From: Andalucia godoyi And28
Lineage: Eukaryota; Protista; Jakobida
Direction: 5' to 3'
NCBI GenBank assembly: GCA_009859145.1
Contig: VRVR01000021.1
Coordinates: forward strand, 257,507 to 321,506
DNA length: 64,000 bases
The notes under the pieces: generated by a model
What the model was told of the DNA's origin: nothing
What the model saw: the letters and a program-made list of their open reading frames with translations, nothing else
Database searches by the model: none
In this document: piece by piece, positions 8,410 through 17,300 of the stretch
Layout: each line of letters opens with the position of its first letter
Position numbering within the stretch: the first letter of the stretch is position 1
Position numbers and translations under genes: made by a program

Positions 8410-10653
8410 ATGACTGGTTTTTCTCGTCTGTCTGATCAAGAAGATACGGGGGATGGCTGTGCAAACAATGCAGTGTCTGTGACGGATGGACCTCGCGTAG
8501 CAGACCCGACAAGGGAGCTGCCGCGGACGTCGGAGGCAAGGAGCAAAAGACTGGTTCGCGTGTCTACTCGAATCGCCATTGCTTGCCTGTTGATTCTCGC
8601 AATTGTTGGATTGTCGTTTGCAGTGTTTGGTACTTCTGCTCAAAAGGAGGATGGGTCTTCCGTCTCAGAAGAAGACGACCGATCGACACTGTTGCCGTTG
8701 GTTGTGGAGAATGGGGCCGTTGCATCAGATTCTGCAGAGTGCTCTGCTATGGGATCACAGATTCTCCAAAAGGGTGGAAATGCTATGGACGCGGCTGTGA
8801 CAACTGCTCTGTGTCTTGGACTGCATCAACCGTTTGCGTCTGGAATTGGCGGCGGCGGATATTTGATGTATCATCCTGCTGACGCATATTCTCTTTCCAC
8901 TCAGGGTCGGGAAGATTTGCGTGAAAACAGCGTGGATCCGAAAGAAAGTGTTGTGTATGATTTCCGAGAGGTGGCTCCTGGTGCATGCACTCCAACTATG
9001 TACATTGACGAGGATCCGGTCACAAGGACTGTTCCGTCTTCCGTGGAAGGAGGCAAGGCGATTTCGGTTCCTGGGGAGCTTGCAGGATTGTACCTTGCAC
9101 ATTCCGAACATGGGAGGCTTCCGTGGTATGATCTTGTCGAGCCCGTTGCTTCTTTGGCAGTCAACGGATATCGTGTGAACAAGCTGCTTGCGATTCGGCT
9201 TCGGCAAGCAAGAGAAAAGATTATGAGGCATCCGTTGCTGGCGAATACGTATTGGAATAACGTCACAAACGATTTTGTAGAGGAAGGCTATCTTCACCGG
9301 CGTGTCGAATACGGCGAGACGCTGTTCAAGATTGCGAGGCATGGAGCGAGTGTGCTGTACGACGCAGGCGCTCCCGAGTCTGTAGCCAATACGTTGGTCG
9401 AAGACATCACTGGCAGCGATCACGCCATATTGACTGTCGATGATTTGAAGGAGTACAGCGTCGTCAAGCGAAAACCGCTGCGAGTGTGGTATCGGGGACT
9501 AGAGGTGTTGAATACTCCGCCGTCTTCTTCGGGTGGAGCTGCAATTGCGTTAGCACTGAATATTTTAGAGCGGTACTCCATGAGTGATTTGTATGGATTT
9601 TTATCAAAGGAAGACGCTAATTTTAACTCCAAGAACGTGCGGCTCGGGAAAACGCCCTCTGATGATGATTTTGGGATGAGTGAACATGTCATGGTAGAGG
9701 CATTCAAGCATGCGTTCGCCCATCGCATGCTGCTGGGGGATCCTGCTTTTGTGAACCTGAATCTCACTTTGGAGGCTGCGCAGTCAAAGGAAGTGGCGGC
9801 TTGGACCAGGAGTGTCGGAGTCCATCTCAATCAAACACTGCTGGATCCGGAGACGTACTTGGATGTCCGCGACCTTGTGCTGCAGTATCTCAAGCTGGAA
9901 GACGAATCGAAACAGCAAACTGCTGCGGATGCAGGTGGTGTGCAAATGCCCCCTACGCTTGATGGGCTACAAGTTGGGTCTGCCGAGTTTGACGAATTGT
10001 CCCGGGCCTTGCGGTTTGAGAGGCAGTCGAGACAGCGAGGAGGATACGTGACCTCTAATGCTGGCACATCTCATTTTTCCATCGTTGACAAGGACCGCAA
10101 TGCAGTTGCCATGACGACGACTGTGAATCACTCGTTCGGTTCCAAGGTAGTTTCTGCTCGTACTGGCGTTGTGCTCAACAACCAGCAGGATGATTTCTCA
10201 ACCAAGAACGAGTCAAACGCATTTGGACTGCGGCCGTCGATTGCCAACTGGGTTGCCCCGAAAAAGCGCCCGCTGTCGAGCATGTCCCCAACAATTGCTT
10301 TGAAAGATGGGAAACCGTACATTGTCGTGGGGGCCTCCGGCGGGCCGACGATCATCACGGCTGTTGTGCAGACGCTGTTGCTCATCGTGGATCGTGGCTA
10401 CAACGCAAAGGAGGCTGTTGAGTCTCGGAGATTGCATCACCAATTGTTTCCCAATATGGTAACTGTGGAGAAATGGTTCCCGAACAAGCTGCAATGGGAG
10501 CTCGCAAACCACAAACACGTGGTTTCGGACACAGGCGCCATGCTTGCAGATGGTCAGTTGTCTGGCAACGTGCAGTGCATCATTGTTCGCGAAGACGGCA
10601 AGTTGGAAGCGGCTTCGGACTCAAGAAAGCTAGGGAAACCAGCCGGATTTTAA
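8410..10653 (+). CDS. GGT: Gamma-glutamyltranspeptidase, type II membrane anchored
   Basis: Single N-terminal TM helix; GGNAMDAAVTTALCLG, SGIGGGG, DFREVAP and VPGELAGL motifs; autocatalytic Thr in GTSHFSIVD; KRPLSSMSPTI; GASGGPTI. Confidence 0.95.
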   Translation: MTGFSRLSDQEDTGDGCANNAVSVTDGPRVADPTRELPRTSEARSKRLVRVSTRIAIACLLILAIVGLSFAVFGTSAQKEDGSSVSEEDDRSTLLPLVVENGAVASDSAECSAMGSQILQKGGNAMDAAVTTALCLGLHQPFASGIGGGGYLMYHPADAYSLSTQGREDLRENSVDPKESVVYDFREVAPGACTPTMYIDEDPVTRTVPSSVEGGKAISVPGELAGLYLAHSEHGRLPWYDLVEPVASLAVNGYRVNKLLAIRLRQAREKIMRHPLLANTYWNNVTNDFVEEGYLHRRVEYGETLFKIARHGASVLYDAGAPESVANTLVEDITGSDHAILTVDDLKEYSVVKRKPLRVWYRGLEVLNTPPSSSGGAAIALALNILERYSMSDLYGFLSKEDANFNSKNVRLGKTPSDDDFGMSEHVMVEAFKHAFAHRMLLGDPAFVNLNLTLEAAQSKEVAAWTRSVGVHLNQTLLDPETYLDVRDLVLQYLKLEDESKQQTAADAGGVQMPPTLDGLQVGSAEFDELSRALRFERQSRQRGGYVTSNAGTSHFSIVDKDRNAVAMTTTVNHSFGSKVVSARTGVVLNNQQDDFSTKNESNAFGLRPSIANWVAPKKRPLSSMSPTIALKDGKPYIVVGASGGPTIITAVVQTLLLIVDRGYNAKEAVESRRLHHQLFPNMVTVEKWFPNKLQWELANHKHVVSDTGAMLADGQLSGNVQCIIVREDGKLEAASDSRKLGKPAGF

Positions 10654-10847
10654 TATTTAATTAATGAATAATTGTTATAATAAAATAAATAATAAAATAA
10701 TTTGTTGCTGTCAATCTTGTAGAAGACCATATTTCGTTCTATTTCCGTTTTGTTTTCCTTTTTGTTGCTGCTGTTAAAACTGCGTTCTGCGTGAAAAAAG
10801 CTGCTACTTCTACCTATACATATTTAGACAAACCGGTTGTATAGGTT

Positions 10848-10920
10848 GGGCGTGTAGCTCAGTTGGTAGAGTACGTCACTTGCATTGACGGGGTCTAGGG
10901 TTCGATTCCCTACTCGTCCA
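10848..10920 (+). tRNA. tRNA-Ala(TGC)
   Basis: GGGCGTGTAGCTCAGTTGGTAGAGTACGTCACTTGCATTGACGGGGTCTAGGGTTCGATTCCCTACTCGTCCA. Stem CGTCA/TGACG, loop CT-TGC-AT, G3:U70, long T-run terminator at 10926-10938. Confidence 0.95.
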
Positions 10921-11803
10921 CTTAATTTTTTTTTTTTTGCTTCTTTCCAGTCCAAAACGATTTTCCGAGGAACTCCGAGGAACGTTGCACTGATTAATCA
11001 GTCGTGCTTCTCGTGCGTTGTGTTTGGCACACATTGAGATGCGTCTGGTGTTTTCATGTCCGTAAAACCAGTACAGTTACGGGATCAATTAAAGTAAAAG
11101 TTTCTTGTTCAGCACGAAACGATGTTTGCCAATCCCACATCCCCACCGCTCTTGAAGGGTTTTCAGCTGGACTCGTTCGCTTCATCAAGCACATCCCTCC
11201 TCCCAACGAAACATACAACCACCGAACGCTCTTTCTGAGAGTGCTGCAGATGACAAGAGGCGGAGTGTATCCACGGGGGCCTAGCTGTGTCTGAGACCGT
11301 TCTCGATCGTGTCCCTGCTTTGTCGCTGACTCTTTTTTTTCCGAACACGTTCGAATCCACCGTTTGTAAAAATAAAAATAAAAAAAACCCCAATTGCCAT
11401 TGCTGGACATGCTTCCCCGATTTGGCAAATTGCACAGGGCGCATCTCCCGACGTTCAACGAGAGGCGTAGACGGCGTTCTGAGGAGCTAATTCTACCTGC
11501 TGTCTGAATTCTGCAATTAGATATGTCACAGGCGTCGTGTGTTTTTGACTGACAGACAACCGGGCTTTTTGGAAGGAAGAATTAGAGAAGTATCCGGTGA
11601 ATCTAAAACATGGACTCGCGGATGCCGCGTTGGATTTTAATGTTAAAACCGTTTCCTCTATGATTCGCGGCTGTTTCCGGCTGCAGTCGCAAGGTTGATT
11701 ACTTGACGACCATGCATCCATACTGTGAAAATCTACTGCTGTAAGCTTGTTCTTGGATATGTCACCGTAAACATCGACCTAACAAACTATGCCGATTCCT
11801 CAC

Positions 11804-12245
11804 AACATGAATCATTATTGATCATCGACTAAGCTGTCACCGAAGACAGATCCAAGCCACATGCTGTTTTGCTTGTATTTGCAGGGAGGGGGGAGGGTGG
11901 GCGAACACCAACTCTCCAATGTAGATTGCTCTGCATCAGAGGGGTCACTTCTTCTTCATCTTGCTCTCCACCTCCGACGAGAGGGAATCAACGGGTTTCT
12001 TGGTTCTCGCTATCTTCGGACCATGGCCGGTTTGAGTTTGGTGGGAAGGTCCCCCTTTGGAGCCATGAGATGTTTTGTCTCTGATGAGGAGGTGCTGCTT
12101 GAGGGTTCGATAGTAAGGAACAAGCAAACAGAAAGAAATAGAAAGAAAGAACCAAAAGCGAAAGAATGCAGAAATTCCTAGACTTGACTACGGTAAGAGA
12201 ATCGTATTTTGTTTGGGGTGTTCAACGTTGATAGACAAAAGCTGT
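11804..12245 (+). repeat. Dispersed repeat family, full copy A
   Basis: Colinear, high similarity to 60350-60830 over three blocks: aacatgaatcattattgatcatcg...gaagacagatccaagccacatg; caccaactc...gagggttcgat; gacttgactacggtaag. An A-rich spacer separates blocks 2 and 3. Confidence 0.92.
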
Positions 12246-12376
12246 TCGAAAAACCGTTTGATTAAATGAAATTGTCGAAATGGATTCCCGCATTCTGCCT
12301 ATTTCCTTCTCGTGCGTGTTTCGTCTTTGTGCTTGTTTTCTCTGCCCGCATTCTGTTAATCACAGTGCAGTCGAGA

Positions 12377-12889
12377 ATGGATCTGGCTCTTTCTGCACGC
12401 GACACACGGATTCTTGATAAGCGCCGCGATGCCATGCGTGCGAGAGTGCATCAAGCATTTTCGCTGTTTGATCGCGATGCGAATGGAACGTGTGATGTTC
12501 GAGAAGTTGGGACGATTGTACGGTCTCTTGGACTGAATCCGACGCAGCGTCAGCTTGCGTCACTACTGGAAGAGATGGAAGATGATGAGCCAACTGGGTT
12601 TATTCGATACGAAAAGTTTGAGAAGATCGTGCTGAATGTTTGTGTCGAAAGCGAGTTCAAAGGCGAACGCGTCTCGAGACCTGTGGAAGACGACATTATC
12701 CGGGCGTTTAGAGTCCTCGATCCGGAAAACACAGGATCGATCTCAGCAGACACATTCAAGGAGCTCATGGCGTCCATGGCAGAAAAACTCACCGCAGAAG
12801 AGATTGAAGAAATGACCAATGTCGCCGTCGACCCCGAGTCCGGAAACGTCTTTTACGAAGACTATGCATCTCTATTAGCCGCCGAATAA
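12377..12889 (+). CDS. EFCAB2: Dynein regulatory complex subunit 8 (EF-hand protein)
   Basis: AFSLFDRDANGTCDVREVGTIVRSLGLNPT...EEMEDDEPTGFIRYEKF...EDDIIRAFRVLD...EEIEEM..VAVDPESGNVFYEDY is typical of DRC8/EFCAB2. Start placed at ATG 12377. Confidence 0.85.
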   Translation: MDLALSARDTRILDKRRDAMRARVHQAFSLFDRDANGTCDVREVGTIVRSLGLNPTQRQLASLLEEMEDDEPTGFIRYEKFEKIVLNVCVESEFKGERVSRPVEDDIIRAFRVLDPENTGSISADTFKELMASMAEKLTAEEIEEMTNVAVDPESGNVFYEDYASLLAAE

Positions 12890-13154
12890 AAACCTCACAA
12901 AGTCCAAAATGCACACTCATGCACTGGAACATTGACGCACTAGATAGACAACGACGACGACAGCCCCCCATGTGGTACGAACGACATTGCGCTGCTGCTT
13001 CATCTACGCACAGATGGAACAAAGGGAACCAAATGGACAGACAAGAAGCAAACGGCAAAGGGGCAAAAGCAAAAATAAATTAATAATCATAATTATAATA
13101 AAAGAAAATAAAATAAAAGAGCAGTGTGCCAGTCATGGAGCCACAAAGACAATA

Positions 13155-13679
13155 TCACGCACTTGGGGGATCGCTGTTCATGTAGCGCAAGATGTCGACG
13201 GTGATGCGTTCCATTTGAGCGTCTCTGTCGAACCATTCGAGGTCCTTTGCGACGCTGGTGTCCACAGCCTGTTTAATATCCGCTGGTTGGTCCTCGGCAG
13301 CCTTCCTGTCTTTTCGAAGCAATGCATACACAGCAAGGACATGCTGTGCACCTACCGAATAGCAAACAAACACGTGTGTGGACCCTTGGATGCGCATGAC
13401 CGGTGCGTCGGTAACGCCCATCTGTGCAGAGAACTGCTGGGCAGCTTTGCGAAGCGACAGGACCACAAGACGGACTTCCGCATCACCGGAAGCAGAGGCA
13501 GCAGAAGAGGAGCCATCCAACGTGCGATCTGCGAGCACTTCGCCGGAACTCGCATTCATCAGAAACACCGCAGTCATCGACGGATACACCGTCTGCACCA
13601 TATCAAAGCATGAGTTGTAGTACTTTCTTCGTTCGTTTTCCTGGTTCTTTGCTGAGCCTTTGCTCCCGCAACACCCCAT
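13155..13679 (-). CDS. 174-aa protein with N-terminal myristoylation/palmitoylation motif and a possible roadblock/longin-like fold
   Basis: Begins MGCCGSK. The alternating helix/strand pattern (AVFLMNASSGEVLA; VMRIQGSTHVFVCYSVGAQHVLAVY) suggests a roadblock/profilin-like fold. Bounded by low-complexity intergenic DNA. Confidence 0.6.
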   Translation of the reverse strand: MGCCGSKGSAKNQENERRKYYNSCFDMVQTVYPSMTAVFLMNASSGEVLADRTLDGSSSAASASGDAEVRLVVLSLRKAAQQFSAQMGVTDAPVMRIQGSTHVFVCYSVGAQHVLAVYALLRKDRKAAEDQPADIKQAVDTSVAKDLEWFDRDAQMERITVDILRYMNSDPPSA

Positions 13680-14132
13680 CCTCTCCTATTCTAACTTTTC
13701 TCCGCCTTTTTTTTCTTCTTCAGTGTTTTCTTTGCTTTCTTCCTCTTCTCGTTTCATCTGTAATTTTTTTTAAAAAAAAATGGGAAGACATAGAATCCGT
13801 GACGTTTCCAAATTTGGTGATGTAGGATAGATGTGTGATAGCACGATAGACTCGTAAAGGCATACTCCAAAGAACTCGGAACTCAGAACCCCGCCTTCAA
13901 GCTTGTGTTTTGGAGATTTCGCTTTGTTTCTCCCAAACGTGTGCGTATTGTGTAACATTTATCATTGTTGTTATTTCTTGTCTTATCTTATTCTCCACGA
14001 ACCTCCAATAGGCGTCTCCTTTTTTTATTTTAATTTTTATTAATTAATTTTATATTTAATTTTCTTCTTCTTTGCATTCTTTCGCACCTTTTGTTACGTG
14101 TCCGTTGGCGATATTTTTTTTGTTCATCCGAA

Positions 14133-14152
14133 CTCTCTCTCACTCACTCACT

Positions 14153-14183
<31 letters not shown>

Positions 14184-14200
14184 GAAGAAGAAGCAGAAGA
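14133..14200. repeat. Compound microsatellite (CT)/(CACT)/(CA)n/(GAA)n
   Basis: Read directly from the sequence, upstream of ATG 14309. Confidence 0.9.
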
Positions 14201-14308
14201 AGAAAGATAGAGTGGAAACCAGAAAAGGGAAAACGAGTCACTAGTTCAGCACGTTTTTGGTTTGCCACGTATCGTTTAATTATTCAAAGAGGAGTTTTTG
14301 ATTGCTGA

Positions 14309-17300
14309 ATGCAGACAATTCGTCGGAAGTGGCTTTTACGACGAACGTCCGGCCGCCTTCGCGCGTTGTGGGAGGACTACCGATCGCACGGTGTTGATTC
14401 AGAGTCTGATGATGCTGTCGTGTTGTCCAAGTTCAGAGCACTTGTGGAGGGATTCCAGTCTATTTACGGCGAGTTGGTGCAGTCTCCAGGGTCGTTGACG
14501 GTGTTCCTGGAGCGAGTCGTGGTGGAAGATACAGACATTGTGGATTCTGTGCTTGAGTTTGCCGAGTCAGAGAGATTCAAGAAGGGTCTGAATAACACAG
14601 AAGTGCGCGACGAGGCCGCAGAGCTGGTCTCCAAAGGGCTGCAAGTCGTGGAAATCATGTTGCAGGATGCGAAGTTTCGATCGGTGGTTGCCGACTCGGA
14701 CGGGCTCTTGCTTCGCGTGCTATCACTCTTGGACAAAGTACACGTGCATGCTGCACAAGTTACGGCGCTGAACGTCATGATTGAGCTTGTAGTTTCCGAG
14801 ATGAATCGCGCATTCGTGTTGGAACATGATGGAATAGGCAAACTCATAAGGTTGTTTGGAGACGGAAATGAAGCCGTGAAGAAGCAGGTTCTCAAGGCAA
14901 TCAGCCATTGCATGAATGCCTCGATTTCGCAGTCCCATGTCGAACGAGAATTGTCGCGCCTGTCGACTGCAGATCCCAGTGCTGCAAACGGATTTCCATC
15001 GGCATTCAGACAAGACGCACAAAACGAGAGTTTTCATCATCCGACATCCGACGCGGGCACAGGAGACGAAGAACCTTCCAAGTCTGTCCATCTTCGCCGA
15101 ATTCAAAGAAGCGCTCATCGCAGAACTGTGAGTGACAAGGTCACCGGGCTAGTCGTGGATATGTCAAAACTGTTGGGAAGCGAACTGGTCCGGTTGTTTC
15201 CTTCCATGTCTTTTGCAGACAATCTGTCAGACGAAGCAGAGGTGGCGCAGAAGCACAATGCACACGCCATTAGCGGAATGCTGGATGGCAACCAACATGT
15301 AGAGCCAGAGGATGGTCGAGATGTTGTTCGACGGACGCTGGCAGCTGCGCGGGGCGCTCCTACCATTGGGCAAAAGGTATTTGTGTTTCCTCCGTCGTCC
15401 GATGAAATTCAAGACGAGCTGGGAAAAGTTATGGATTTGCTGAGCGCAGTCGCAAATGCGTCTCCCATATTCGGTGATGCGTTGCCCGTCGTCGACGCGA
15501 AGGATGACGTCTTGGGAATCCGAGGCGCGTTGTCGTCTCTAACAGAATTGGTGAAAAGTTCGGCGCTCTCTGTACAACTGGATCTGATTCGAACGGTTTC
15601 CCGAATCGTCCTTGGTAACAAGCGCAATCAAGACGAGATGCGTCGGATAGATGGCTATTCTTTCTTCCTTAATTTATTTGACTTTGTTCAAGAATTTTCA
15701 TCTGTGGATGCGCAGTCGTTTCTTCGAGATGCGTTCGACGTGCTCTTTGTTGTTGTCTTGGATGATCATAAGGACATGCGTGTTGGCAATCACGATGCGC
15801 TAAGGACCTTGTTTCGACTTCTCACCTCGTCAAAGGTTCCCGAAGTTCAGATGCACACTCTGCGGTGTTTGCACGACATCATGGCAGTGAATATGTGGAA
15901 CGTCTTGGATGTTAGACAGTGCGGTGGAATTGAGTGTCTAGTTGAGTTTGTGTTTTCCATCCCCTGTGCTTGCAATGGTGAAGGGGTCCAACCTAGCCGA
16001 CTGCACACTCAATTACTGGACAGTTCGCTGGAGCTCCTTGTCTACGTTGGTGTTGTGCTGCAGAAATCGGAACTTCGCGTCCTGGAATTGCTTGCAACTG
16101 CTGTGTGCACTCGCCATGCCGAGCTCCCTCCACAATGCATGTTCGCCTGCTTGCGATCGTGCGTGGCCCTGGTATCTGATGTGATGTTTCGGTTGGAATC
16201 GGTTCCAACCGTTCATGCTTGGAAGTATTTGGTTCCGCTACTAGAGTATCTGCTGGCGTCCCCCCTCCTGGATTCCCACTCTGTTCTGGTGCTGCTTGAT
16301 CTCCTTGCTTTGGCCAGCTCATCATATGATAGTGCTGTCTTGTTTGTCGACGCTGGCTTGCTTGGCCTTATCCTTCCGTTCTTGTCAAATGTCTCGTCGA
16401 CTCCGCAGAACGTGTTTGAGCGTTGTCTCTCATTGTTTTCAGTCATGACGTTTGTGTGCAGTTCGCATTCTCCTAATTCTGGTGTCGAGCCTTCGCTGCA
16501 CATCGATCTCTTGTCAAATTTCGAGGTCAAGCAGCGGCTTTCTGGGTTTGCGCTGCAGATCGTTGATGGGCTGCTGTCCGTGATCCGTGGCTGCGCCAGT
16601 AGTGGTTCTTTGGACAACGTGAAAAAGATTTTGGGTCTTGCTCGGCTCTGCTTCATCATATTTTCGGTGACATCCTTTTCTGACGCAATGCTGTATTTTT
16701 TGTATCAGCGCGGATTAGCCTCCTTGGTGGATTTGATCGAGCTCAGTCCGTCTGCGGGTTTAGATGTGCTGCTTTGTATTGGAGAAGCTGTTCGCGGATC
16801 GAATTTTGGGAAGCAGTATTTCATCGAAATCATTGGGTTGGAGAAGTTTGACAGGGTTTTGCGGCAATTGTATGCAGTACATCAATTGCAGTTTCTTCAT
16901 TGTCTGATCCTGCTCGAGCTCTTTTCCTTTGCCTCCATCATGGATGTAGTTGTGCCCCTCGCGGACGCGAGTGCTCTTGCGTTGTGGCCGAATTACTCGC
17001 CCTCATTCAGCGTAGTTCCTGCGTTCGACGGGCCCTGGGCATTTTCTCGTGATGTCAGCGATCCGACTGTTTCCCAGAAATTTTCCAGAGCCGGATCCGT
17101 AGATGCAGTTCACAACTTTGCACATCCCCATGGTTTCAAGAAGCCTGACATCAAATCCATGAAGTCTAGTTCTCTTTCTGTTGTTATGAATGAGATTTCT
17201 GATCCGCATTCGTTTCCTGCCAGCAGCGAATGGAAGCATGTTCCCACGCATTCTGCTCCTACTTCCGTGCGCCCCTCTCGAAGTTCCTTGTCTCTCGTCC

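Noticed and set aside
11142-11155. 14-bp match CCCACCGCTCTTGA with 49700-49713
   Set aside because: Several 14-mer matches are expected by chance in 64 kb, and the similarity does not extend.
11945-12127. Similar short peptides from the repeat copies (KTSHGSKGG..., MAPKGDLPT...)
   Set aside because: Copies differ by frameshifts and stops, and most frames lack an ATG, so the similarity is at nucleotide level.
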